This document shows positions 1-9,877 of a stretch of DNA of 64,000 nucleotides, in pieces. The notes under the pieces were generated by a model that searched no databases, had not been told where the DNA came from, and saw only the letters and a program-made list of their open reading frames with translations. Position numbers and translations under genes: made by a program. Every line of letters starts with the position of its first letter. Within the stretch, counting starts at the first letter, position 1. The stretch comes from Pelagomonas calceolata. Lineage: Eukaryota. The stretch spans positions 124,001-188,000 of the forward strand of contig CAKKNE010000003.1 of NCBI GenBank assembly GCA_918797485.1, in the 5' to 3' direction.

Positions 1-201
1 TACCACGGCGTGTCTCGCGTGGAGAGCGGCCGCCGGCGCGTCCTCGTACTGGAGCTCTGGAACGGCGAGGAGCGCTTTTGCAACCACCGCTGCACGGTGG
101 CGCGCGGAAATTGTGAATTGCTCCAGGTCGGCGTCGCGGAGCGCGAGCTGAGTAGTCAGGAAGCTGCCTGGGGGCGGCTACCGGCGCGGCGCGCGCAATA
201 A
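1..201 (+). CDS. 3' end of a 2OG-Fe(II) oxygenase-like protein (partial, runs off window start)
   Basis: Frame 1 reads YHGVSRVESGRRRVLVLELW, matching the distal His plus 'V..G.R..LV.W' signature of 2OG-Fe(II) dioxygenases; stop at 199-201. Confidence 0.6.
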   Translation, partial: YHGVSRVESGRRRVLVLELWNGEERFCNHRCTVARGNCELLQVGVAERELSSQEAAWGRLPARRAQ

Positions 202-848
202 CGCGCGCGCCACCATCGGCGAGCACGGCCCAGAGCAAAAACGACGCGCAGCACCCGACCGTCACGCCGACGACGGCGTTCTCCCGGTACTTCTTCTGGC
301 GCATTTTCTGGATGATCGAGTCGATCGACGGGAGCCGGTCCGTCAGCGACTGCGCCGTGTTTGTAGAGCCCTCGAGGGTCTCGCGCTGCGACGCCAGGTC
401 CGACTGCGCCTCGTGGGCCTGCTCGATGACGTCGCCCACTCCTCGCAGCGCGTTCGTCGTCGCCTTCCGCTCGCGGTGCACGCCCTTGAGGTGGTCCGGC
501 CCGCCCTCCAAGTCGACGACGTCGTCCGCGCCCGAAGAGCTTCGCCCGGTCCGCGTTCTTGCGCAGTTGTTTAGCGACGCGGCCGACGTCGGACGAATAA
601 TCAACAACAACGGCGCGACACCGCTCGACGACGGCCTTGCGCGCCCGGCGACGGCTCGCGCCTCCTCGGCCTGCAGCGAGTCGCGACGCGCCGCCAGCGC
701 CTTGAGGTGGTCCTCCACCGTCTTCAGGAGCCGCTGCGCCTCGGCGCCGCTGTCGCCGTCGGCCGCGAGCGACGCTAATTGAGGAGGGCGCGTTCCACGC
801 CGCTTCGATCTTCCTCGCTTGCGCTCGCAGCTGCTCCCAGGACTCCAT
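156..848 (-). CDS. Qb-SNARE, GOS1/GOSR-membrin family (frameshifted in this assembly)
   Basis: N-terminus MESWEQLRAQARKIE; an alternate frame gives the SNARE motif VGDVIEQAHEAQSDLASQRETL...LTDRLPSIDSIIQKMRQKKYRENAVVG followed by a C-terminal TM segment. Confidence 0.7.
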   Translation of the reverse strand: MESWEQLRAQARKIEAAWNAPSSISVARGRRRQRRRGAAAPEDGGGPPQGAGGASRLAAGRGGASRRRARKAVVERCRAVVVDYSSDVGRVAKQLRKNADRAKLFGRGRRRRLGGRAGPPQGRAPRAEGDDERAARSGRRHRAGPRGAVGPGVAARDPRGLYKHGAVADGPAPVDRLDHPENAPEEVPGERRRRRDGRVLRVVFALGRARRWWRARYCARRAGSRPQAAS

Positions 849-1091
849 CTTGTCGAACCGCTCCGCGTCGGCTGGCGTCGGGTTGGCTCCACGTCAGTGG
901 CGTCAGGTCGCTCCGCGTCGGCGGCGTCCGAGGAGTTTTTGCAGCAGTGGCGTGTCGGTCTATACAGCTGCCGACAGCCGGCAGAGTGCAGCAAGCGCAA
1001 GCCGCTGAGGTTGGGTCTCGGTAGAACGCTTGCGCGTGCCGGAGCCTATGTAGACTGTCCCGTAGCTCTAGAAACTGCCGCCGCGACGCAT

Positions 1092-1114
1092 CTAGCGTCC
1101 TGTAAGACACTAGC
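1092..1114. promoter_or_regulatory. CTAG-N14-CTAG upstream motif, in the divergent region between the SNARE and ATG12
   Basis: ctagcgtcctgtaagacactagc; near-identical copies recur upstream of many genes in the window. Confidence 0.6.
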
Positions 1115-1247
1115 CTGGCTCCTTGTCCGGGCGCTAGCGCGGCACGAAAGGCCTACCGCTGGACCGCACCGTTATTTTTGACGTGCCACGAGCTGCGACG
1201 AAACAAATCCGCATCGATTTCACTCACAGACAGTCAGAAAAATCAGC

Positions 1248-1571
1248 ATGGCAGCACAGCCATCCCCAGCACCCGGCGCAGAGGCAGCACCACAGCCACC
1301 ACCGGAACGCGTCAAGCTCCACTTCAAAGCCGTCGGCTCCGCCCCCTTATTACGAAAACCAAAACTCACGGTAAACGGAACAGAGCCGTTCCACGCGGTG
1401 CAGACGTTCCTCGCGAAGCAATTACAATTACCTCAAACGGAGCGCCTTTTCCTCTACTGCGACAGCGCCTTCTCGCCTGTCCCTACCGAGCCCGTCGGCC
1501 ACCTCTACGCCTGTTTTGGAAGAGGCGGCGAGCTCGTCGTCAACTACGCGACGACGGGCGCGTACGGGTGA
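1248..1571 (+). CDS. ATG12: Ubiquitin-like autophagy protein ATG12
   Basis: VKLHFKAVGSAPLLRK...LFLYCDSAFSP...ELVVNYATTGAYG, with the terminal Gly. Confidence 0.95.
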   Translation: MAAQPSPAPGAEAAPQPPPERVKLHFKAVGSAPLLRKPKLTVNGTEPFHAVQTFLAKQLQLPQTERLFLYCDSAFSPVPTEPVGHLYACFGRGGELVVNYATTGAYG

Positions 1572-4500
1572 AGCGACGCGGCGTTTGTAAGGTGGCGTTT
1601 ATTCATCCCCTCCTCCAAGGCAGCGGCCTCTTGCGCCGCCTGCCGTTCAAGCAACTTCCGCTTGGGCCGGAGCGCGTCCCGCTTGATGATGAGCTGCTTG
1701 ATCTCCTGGTCGCGCTGGTTGAGGATCGAGCCGAAGAAGGACTCCTCTCCCGCCTTCTCCTCGGCCTTGCGCTCTCCTGCCAAAACTTCTTGGTCGGCTT
1801 TGGTTTTTTCGGCCAACGAGACGCTCGCGCCGATGTTGAAATCCAACAACGTGCGGTCCGCCGCCACGGGCTTCACACCGGCCGTCGCGAGCTGGTGCTG
1901 CACATCACCCAAGCCTCGCCGTCGATAAAGCGCGCGTAGTGGCCCACCATCCTTAAAGTAGCTTTGTCGTCGGGCGGGCGTCACTATCACCGGGCGTCGC
2001 CGGACGCGAGCAAAGCGGCGTAGATCGGCGCGACCTTGCTCCGCAAATCATGCGTGGCGACGGCCTGCCGCAAAGCCCGCTCGGCGCGCGCGGCCTGCGG
2101 CGTCTGCAGCGCCGCCGGCCGAACGCTGCATGAACTTCATGGTCGTTTGAGCATCAGCGGGCGGCGCCTGTACCACTGTTAATTCTTCGTCGGAATCCGA
2201 GCTGTCTCCAGCGATCGTCGTAATAATCTTCTCCTCCTTTTGGGAAGGTTTTTTCTTCCTTAGAGGCTGCGCCGTGTCGCTCAAAACGCCCCGATCTCTA
2301 TCGCAGCCCAGCCGGATCTCCTCGTCCTCCCAGGCATGTGCTAACAATTGACACGTCGACCGCATGGTCTTGTCCGACCGCCAGCCCCGGATGTACGAGA
2401 TGAGCTTGGGGTTTCTCGCCAAATCAGCTAAAACACCACAAACCTGCAGCCGCATGAGCCTCGGTCCTACTTCTAATAAAGCTAGAAGCGCATCCAAACC
2501 ATCAACCGGCGGCAAGCGAGCTTCCGACCGCCTGTTGCCCACGACGCCGTGCCAGAGGCAGTCCAGGACACCGACAATCAATGGATCAACTTTTTCAGCG
2601 GAGGACGACGACGGCATGGCGTCGCGCGCCGCCTCGCTCAAATTCTTGTGGCGCGATCTAGTGACCGGCACGCGCCGTTTGACGTACGCGTCGATCTCCT
2701 GGATCAACAATGAAACGCCGTGCGCCCGCCGTAACCGAGCTTGGTTGTCCTCGTGGTTCTCGCAGAGCTTCGCCAGGATCATGACGGCGTCGTTCCGCAT
2801 GTTCGCGCCCGCCCTTGAATCGGCGAAGCGCTTGAGCATGATCTCGACCCCATCTAAGTTGCCGAGCTCGTTCTGGAGGCCCGGTAAGCCCACCACACTG
2901 ATCAGGAGCATCAACGCACCCCTCACCAACCCATCGGCACTTCTCGCCGACGGTCTTGTGGCATTGGTGTTCTGGGTGGCTTCGTCGTTACCTTCATCGC
3001 ACGCGTCCAGGAACCGTAGTGCCAAAATGTGGCCCTGGAGCTTCTGGAATGCCGCCGGCGCCGCGGCGCCAAATTCAACAACACGGCCATGGCCTGCTGC
3101 TGTAAGACATGCAGCTTCGTCAGCTCCAGGTTCTTCAGGATGCCCGGGATCCGCCGCCCGTTCACCGAGACCGTGTCGCGACACGGCCGTCTCGTCGTCG
3201 TCCCATTCCTCGGGCTCGTCGGCCGCATCTAAGGCTTCCACATCTAGATACATGAGCAAGGCGCCCATGAAGTCCGCTTCTACAACTAATTTGAGATTTT
3301 CCTCCTCGGCCCGGCCCAGATCACTCAACATGGACCACAAAATTCGCTTCGTCTCCAAGTCTTCATTCGACGACGTGGCGAAGGTGTGCCGATCCGCCAA
3401 CGGCGGCTCCGTGGACCGCGGGTCGCGGCTTTGTGTGGCCTGCGTCCGCACTTCGATCGCGTCCTCGGGCAATTCGGCCGCACAAGCATAATCGAGCAGC
3501 AAGTGGATCAACCGCTGCCGTCGGAAGGCGGCGTGCGATTTTCGATGCGACGCGATCAACGAGCAGACGATGAGGACCTCGTTCCTTAGTCTTTTGTCGT
3601 CGGCCTTGTGGCCCGTCAGGAACAGGTGCTGCAGGATCTGTCTCAGGACCGCGATGGTCGCATCATCCGACAGCTGGTACATAGCTGAGGTGAAGCGCCT
3701 CCTTGATAGGAGCTTGGTGCGAGAGGCCGCAGGCGGCCCGGCGACGTCGGTGACGTCGTGGCAGTGCTCGAGGACGTTCCAGAGAATTTCTACCGTCGCA
3801 TGGACGACATCCGACGCGGCAGGATCGTGGAGGTAGCACCGCAGTAGTTTCACACACGCTCGAGCACCGCCACATTCCACCAGGTCGAACGAAGACTGCG
3901 CATCTGTAGATAGTTCCCTCAGCAAATGTACCAAGCTTCTAAGGACTTGCGACTGCGCATACTCGAGCGTGCGCTTGTGCGTCGAGTAGGACAAAACGTC
4001 GCTGAATAAGGCGTCGGTCTTGGCGGACCGCGGCTTCCTTCTTCGACCACCTCTGGAGGAGGACCGCGACATGGTGACATCTTCATCATCCGACGTGTCC
4101 GCATCAATAAAGTCGACGGTCGCACGCGCGTCGAAGACCTTCCGCTCCGTGCCGTCGTCGTCAATAGCTAGGATAATGTTCGCATTCTCCTCTACTTTCG
4201 CGCACGTCGCCTGGACGGCGTTGGCTTCGAGCAGGAGCTTTCTGTTTAGTTTTTTCTGGGCCTTGCCCGCGGCAGAGGTATCTTCGGGGGTCGCGATGGC
4301 GGTCAATGCTCTTGTAGCTTCGACGGCCACCCTTACCGATGTCGATGATTGTAGGCGGAGTAACTGCTCCAAGATCTGGGCCGCGGCCTTGAGACCCGGT
4401 GCTAATAATTCCTCGTTGGCCTTTTGCCTTAGGTTCGGTCTCGCGGTGATCCTTATAATGTTGCAGAGCGTCCTCTCGAGTTCTTCGCTTTCTTCCGCGT

Positions 4501-4720
4501 CTTTTTCAATTAATCCTTCAATACGCTTGGGCACGATATCCAACAACTCCGCGACGACCGGGAGCTCCCTTAACCTAAAACCACGCTGGCACTTCTGGAC
4601 GACGCGTTTCAGTAAAGCGTGCTGCCGCGCCTGGAGGTCTTCCGTGCGCGGGTCCGTGAAGAACTCGAGGATCTTGGGGAAGTCCGGGCGGTCGTCGGCC
4701 GCGAAGCCCTGGCCCGCCAT
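1544..4720 (-). CDS. Armadillo-repeat flagellar protein, CFAP69-like (ORF 2048-4720 continued after a frameshift by ORF 1544-1990)
   Basis: 890-aa helical ARM-like ORF (EILWNVLE, LRNEVLIVCSLIA, VLDCLWHGVVGNRRSEA); the family call is recalled resemblance only. Confidence 0.65.
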
Positions 4721-5049
4721 CGGTCCGTCAATGGGGCTGCCCCTGTGCTTTGCCCGCGGTGGCGTGCCGACGCGCTTCGACTGCGGCGCGTGCCGGTCGT
4801 GGCTGCTCCTCGGAGCACGCGGATGCGACAGCTGGCCTTCTCCGGCCTCGTGGCAGCGTCTACGAGCGGCGCTTTAATGTGAGCGCTGTCCATTGCCTGT
4901 AGGCTAGAGGGTTTCTCTCCTACTAGCTTGCTCGTCCTGCCCGGCGACGATATCACTGCCGTAACAAAGCCCCCGGAGCGGCGGGCGGTCTCGTCGCTCA
5001 AGTCTCGGAGACCACCCCTACGCCGTCGACGCGAGGTCGCGCGCCGCGG

Positions 5050-5979
5050 TCACCACGGACAGATCTGCAAGTAAGAAACAAAACGAACGCCGCTGGTACA
5101 GCCGGATCGGCAGTAGCTCACGGCCGCCGGCGTCAGCACGCCCAGGTCCGTGAAGAGGAGCTCGATGAAGTCCGGGGGCGTGTAGTCGACGTCAGCATTT
5201 GGTAAATCGCGCTGGCCCAACGGAAAGGCCCGCGCGAACTTGTAGGATTCTGCTGCGACATACAACGGCCGCCGCATGGCTCTAGCACAACAAGCCACGG
5301 TCAGCGTCCCCACTTTATTGACGACGCCGCCGTTCTCCGCGACGGCCTCCGCGCCAACTAAAACAACGTCAATGACCTCCATCTCCCGCGCGACGGCGGC
5401 GTCCGCGATTATTCTTGTAGTAATACCCTCCTCGCGCAGTTCTTGGGCCACGCACGCGCCGCAGTCGTCCGCGCCATTTACGACCACCGCTTCCAGCGAC
5501 ACGCCACTCTTCGCCGCCGCTTTGAGCGTCGCCTGCACCACCCTCGACCGGCCGTGCACTAACACTCGCGAGCCGTCCCTCAAGAAACTTGAAGCATGTC
5601 CAGCAATGTCGTCGCGCGCGTTCGTCGCGTGCGCCGCGAAGGCCCGGCCCCTTCGCAGAATCTCGTCCCGGCATTCCGAGAAGTCGCCGAATTCTAAGAA
5701 TGTTCTAGTGACATGTCTGAGAAACAATTCGCAGCCACTCGACACGCCTAATTCAGTCCTCCCACCGAGGCACGCCGGTCGCTGCTCGCAGAACTCCACT
5801 AATGCCTTCCTTCCTTCACATAGTTCATCTTGCAGCCCGTGCATCGTCTGCGCGCCGCTCCTTTCTATCACACCCAGTAAAGCTTCGATGGCGGCGACGG
5901 GCGCCGCGCGCGTGCCGTCCGCCAAACTTCGCTGGAAACAGGCTTCGACGTCGCCCGATGCACATGCGGGCGGAGCCAT
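5050..5979 (-). CDS. EIF2B1: Translation initiation factor eIF2B subunit alpha
   Basis: SSGCELFLRHVT, VLVGAEAVAENGGVVNKVGT, AESYKFAR, VDYTPPDFIELLFTDLGVLTP; extreme C-terminus probably mis-assembled. Confidence 0.93.
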   Translation of the reverse strand: MAPPACASGDVEACFQRSLADGTRAAPVAAIEALLGVIERSGAQTMHGLQDELCEGRKALVEFCEQRPACLGGRTELGVSSGCELFLRHVTRTFLEFGDFSECRDEILRRGRAFAAHATNARDDIAGHASSFLRDGSRVLVHGRSRVVQATLKAAAKSGVSLEAVVVNGADDCGACVAQELREEGITTRIIADAAVAREMEVIDVVLVGAEAVAENGGVVNKVGTLTVACCARAMRRPLYVAAESYKFARAFPLGQRDLPNADVDYTPPDFIELLFTDLGVLTPAAVSYCRSGCTSGVRFVSYLQICPW

Positions 5980-6516
5980 TTCTGTGCGTGCTTGTGCTGC
6001 TTTGTGCTGTGCTTGCTGCCCTCTCCGAGCTTAGGGATGCTCCACGCCTCGTTTTTGCACGCCGCGCAGCGATGCTGCAGCGATGCTATACGTTGGCCGT
6101 CTCGTGCACTAATTTTGCGCCTCTACTGAAGCAAGCAACCTGAGTTTTTGTCGCAAACACAAATAGCACCCGCACGAAATCAAACAGCGCGAGACAGTCG
6201 TCTCCTCCCTTCCCTTCTTGCGGGGGCCGGCTCGTCTCGCCGGCGCCTGAGCGGGGCCGGGTGGTTTTGGGCTGCGAAGCCAAAGTTACCCCACAGCAGC
6301 CGAGCGCCCGCGCCGGCCTCATTTCGACGCAGCCGAAGCACCGTCGTCGGTCGAAACAGCTGAGCTTGGAGGCAGCCTTAGCCGTCCAAGCAGCCGTCGT
6401 CGGACGCCGCCGCTTCCGCCGTCCAGCGCTACAGACGCCATCGGCGGGCAGCCCTGCCGCTGCGCCGCGAGCCGCTTGCGCCAGACGCCGCCGCCGCGGA
6501 TCCGGTTCAGACCACC

Positions 6517-7234
6517 ATGGCCTCGATGATCCCGCCCCACGACTCCCTGGTCAAGTACCACAGCCCCGTCGTCGTCACGACGGCCCGCGCGGCGCCGAAG
6601 AAGGGCAAGAAGGGCCCGGCGACGCCCGAGAAGGCCTCTACCCAAACGGAAGACATTCTTAATAGTATCTTACCGCCGCGAGAGTGGACAGAAGACGGGA
6701 CGCTCTGGGTCCAGTACGTGTCGTCGACGCCGGCGACGCGGTTGGACGTCGTCAACCTCCAGGAATCATTAGATAGAAAATTGCAGCAGCGCCAGGCCCG
6801 CGAGACGGGCATCTGTCCCGTCCGCGAGGAGCTGTACGCGCAGTGCTTCGACGAAGTGATCCGCCAGGTGACGATCAACTGCGCCCGGCGGCTTACTCTT
6901 GCTGCGAGTGCGAGATGAAGTGAGGATGACGATCGCGGCCTACCAGACGCTCTACGAGTCGTCCATCGCCTTCGGCATGCGCAAGGCGCTGACCGCGGAG
7001 CACACGAAAGCGGAACTCAACAATAAGGTCCGGACCCTCGAGGCCGAGCGCGAGGATTTGGAAGGACAGGTGAAGGAACTGCAAGAAAGATGCGAGTCCA
7101 TCAAGGACCGGGAAGCCAAAAGGCGCGAGGAGGACGACGCGGCCCACGCCGAGGAGGTCGACAAGTTCAAGAAGATCAACGAACAACTCAAGGCGAACCT
7201 CGAGGCGATGCTCTCGGCGCCGCAGCGGTCCTGA
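6517..7234 (+). CDS. DNALI1: Axonemal inner-arm dynein light chain p28 (frameshift near 6885)
   Basis: EDILNSILPPREW...TPATRLDV...RQARETGICPVREELYAQCFDE, then LRVRDEVRMTIAAYQTLYESSIAFGMRKAL in the next frame. Confidence 0.95.
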
Positions 7235-7717
7235 TAAGTAGCGTTGTTTCTCTTTTGGCGTTGTTCTTTCGCTCCGTAGATCGATGGGCATTTTACCGCC
7301 CCGCGTCCCGAGCGCGCTGATGCGTTTGAACAAACAAGCCGGGTTTTGGCTACCTTCCTTATGTGTAGTGTTGTTATGGTGCTAGGTAGAGGTGCTTGTC
7401 CTTATGCTTAGGCTAATTACGTCGCGAGTATGAAGCTAGTGTAGCGACACACTAGCCTGTCCCAGTCTTTGGCCGTCCGCGGTCTCCCCTAAACACTGCA
7501 CATCTGTGCTCTCTGCAGCTCCAGCGACTCATCGTTGCCCACGAGATTGCGGCGCTGTTAATTCTCGACGCGCCACGCTCTCAGCCGGCCCAGCAGACTC
7601 GCCGCCGGTTCATACCGCCGCGGTAGACCTCGCGCCCCGCGCACGCCAGCCGCCGCGGCGCGCCTCTCCCAGCAGACTCGCCCGCGCACGCCAGCCGCCG
7701 CGTGCACCTAAGCGGCC

Positions 7718-8914
7718 ATGGCCGAGCTCGTGAGCGACGCGCCCGGCGCGGCCGAGAAGAGCAAGGAGACCTTCGAGCCGCCGATGAGCCTCGCGCAGTC
7801 CGTGTTCCGCCACGGGCGCAATCCCACGCCCGCGTCGGAGAAGGAGATCCTGGACCTCGTCACGCAACGCCAGATGGCGCCCTATTACGCGCGCGTCTGC
7901 GCCGCGTTCGGCATTAGCAAGGACGAGAGCCTCTACGCGAAGATGAAGGACGCGAACGCGGCAGAGATCGCGGCCCTGGCGGCCAAGAAGGAGGACGCCG
8001 AGGCGAACCAGGGCGACATGGAGGTCTTGGACGCGCTGTTCGACGCGGCGAAGTACCACGCGCGCATCGGCGACAGGGACGGCGCCTACGCCGCGTGCGA
8101 CGTCATCGTCGAGCGGCCGAAGATCTCGACCGGGAAACGCATCGACGCCGTCATGTTGAAAATACGCGTGGCCCTCTTCTTTGACGACGTGGGCAACGCG
8201 AAGAAGCAGCTCGAGGACGCGCGGCGATTGGCGGCCGACGGCGGCGACTGGGACCGCAACAACCGGCTGTCGGCCTACGAGTCCGCTTACTTAATTGTGA
8301 CGCGGGATTTGAAGGGCGCCGCCAAGAAGTTATTGGGCGGCGTGGCGACGTTCACCTGTGTGGAGCTCTGCACGTACCCGGAATTCGTTTTTTACGCGGT
8401 CGTGACGAACGTGCTGGCGCTGCCGCGGCCGGACTTGAAAAAGAGGATCATCGACTCGCCGGAAGTCCTGCAGGTCATCAAGCAGATCCCCCACCTCTCG
8501 ACGTTGGTCGAGTCGCTCTACAACTGCGAATATTCGGTATATTTTGCATCATTACTAGAGATCGAGAAGGTGCTCTTAGATGATCGCTACTTCTCGCAGC
8601 ACACTAGATACGTCATCCGCGAGTTGCGGGTGCTCGTCTACACGCAGTTCCTCGACGCGTACAAGACCGTTACATTGTCCTCGATGGCGGCCGCGTTCGG
8701 CGTCTCGGTCGAGTTCATCGACGGCGAGCTGGCGCGGTTCATCTCGTGCGGCCGCCTCAACGCCAAGGTCGACAAGGTCGACAACGTCGTCCACACGACG
8801 CGCGCGGACCTCAAGTCGAAGAAGTACCAGGAGATCATCAAGTCGGGCGACGTGCTGAACCGCATCAGCAGCTGGCGCGTGTCGTGTCGATCTAACCGGG
8901 ATTGTTTTCTTTAA
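7718..8914 (+). CDS. RPN7: 26S proteasome regulatory subunit RPN7/PSMD6
   Basis: GGDWDRNNRL, ATFTCVEL, and PCI domain YVIRELRVLVYTQFLDAYKTVTLSSMAAAFGVS...KVDKV. Confidence 0.95.
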   Translation: MAELVSDAPGAAEKSKETFEPPMSLAQSVFRHGRNPTPASEKEILDLVTQRQMAPYYARVCAAFGISKDESLYAKMKDANAAEIAALAAKKEDAEANQGDMEVLDALFDAAKYHARIGDRDGAYAACDVIVERPKISTGKRIDAVMLKIRVALFFDDVGNAKKQLEDARRLAADGGDWDRNNRLSAYESAYLIVTRDLKGAAKKLLGGVATFTCVELCTYPEFVFYAVVTNVLALPRPDLKKRIIDSPEVLQVIKQIPHLSTLVESLYNCEYSVYFASLLEIEKVLLDDRYFSQHTRYVIRELRVLVYTQFLDAYKTVTLSSMAAAFGVSVEFIDGELARFISCGRLNAKVDKVDNVVHTTRADLKSKKYQEIIKSGDVLNRISSWRVSCRSNRDCFL

Positions 8915-9877
8915 TGGGCTTCGGCCTCTGCTCCCAAAGTGGATGTCCGGCTAACCTTGCGTACGCCGTTGTTTTGCCTCCGGGCGGCGCGATCCGTGCG
9001 GCCCACGTCGATCGCGTCGCCCCTGGACGACTGGCTCGCGGACGCCGAGGCGCGGCTAAAAGCGGACCAGGCGGCGTCGGTCGTGCGGGCGGCTGTCGTT
9101 TTGGCGCGTCGGGCGGCGGCGGAGTTTGCTAAGTAGAGGTTGCATATGCTACTACCGTCCGCGGACCGCCGCGTTGATTTGCAACTCGGCGGACTAGAGG
9201 TGCGGAGCAGTCTCGGACGTGCTAGGATGGCCTTAGACACGTTCGAACACCATCGACGCGCGAGGCATTTTCCTCTATTTCTAGGAAATTATTTTTCAAG
9301 CCGATCTTCGTAAAAACGGGTTCTGACGCCCTATCTCGGCACCAGAAGCACCGTTTGCGCTCAAATTTGAGGTGCACATAGGCCCAAGCGAAGGCAAAAC
9401 CCGCGTCGAAATACCCGTTTTAAAATTTAAACTTCGCGGCAAAAAAGGGATTTTAGCCTTTTTGCGCTTGAAACGCTGCACACACGCTCTGCGATACTTC
9501 AAGAGGCCTCGGATCTTCTGCTGACAGCTGTTAGTACGCGCGCCTGGCGCGCGCCGGCGCGGTGGCCTCGCGGCCGCCCGCGCCGTGCCGAAGGTCCACC
9601 ATCACCACCAATCTGGCCGAGCGATTTAGCGGGCTGGCTGCTGCGGCATTGCTTCGCAGCGATGCCGCGGTCACGCCGCGGACGCTGCACCAGTGCGCGT
9701 CCCGCCTCGCTAGCTCTTCGACGACCGTCGCTCGCCCGGCGCCGCGCCGACCCTTTTTTTTTTTGGCAAAGGCATCATCATCATCTACCACACCGCCGCC
9801 GAACTCGCCGACGTCGCGCCGCTGCGCGCTGAAGCCGTTCCAAGACCGACGCCATCGCAGCGAGGGCGCGCCTCGCC

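Noticed and set aside
2048..8914. Alternating CpG-rich and AT-richer codon patches suggesting nucleosome-scale periodicity
   Set aside because: Plausible given known linker methylation in pelagophytes, but I cannot establish a period by eye; it needs CpG autocorrelation or Fourier analysis.
8914..9136. Short coding-like stretch after RPN7 (...DDWLADAEARLKADQAA...)
   Set aside because: No convincing start, promoter motif or family match; cannot be supported as a gene.
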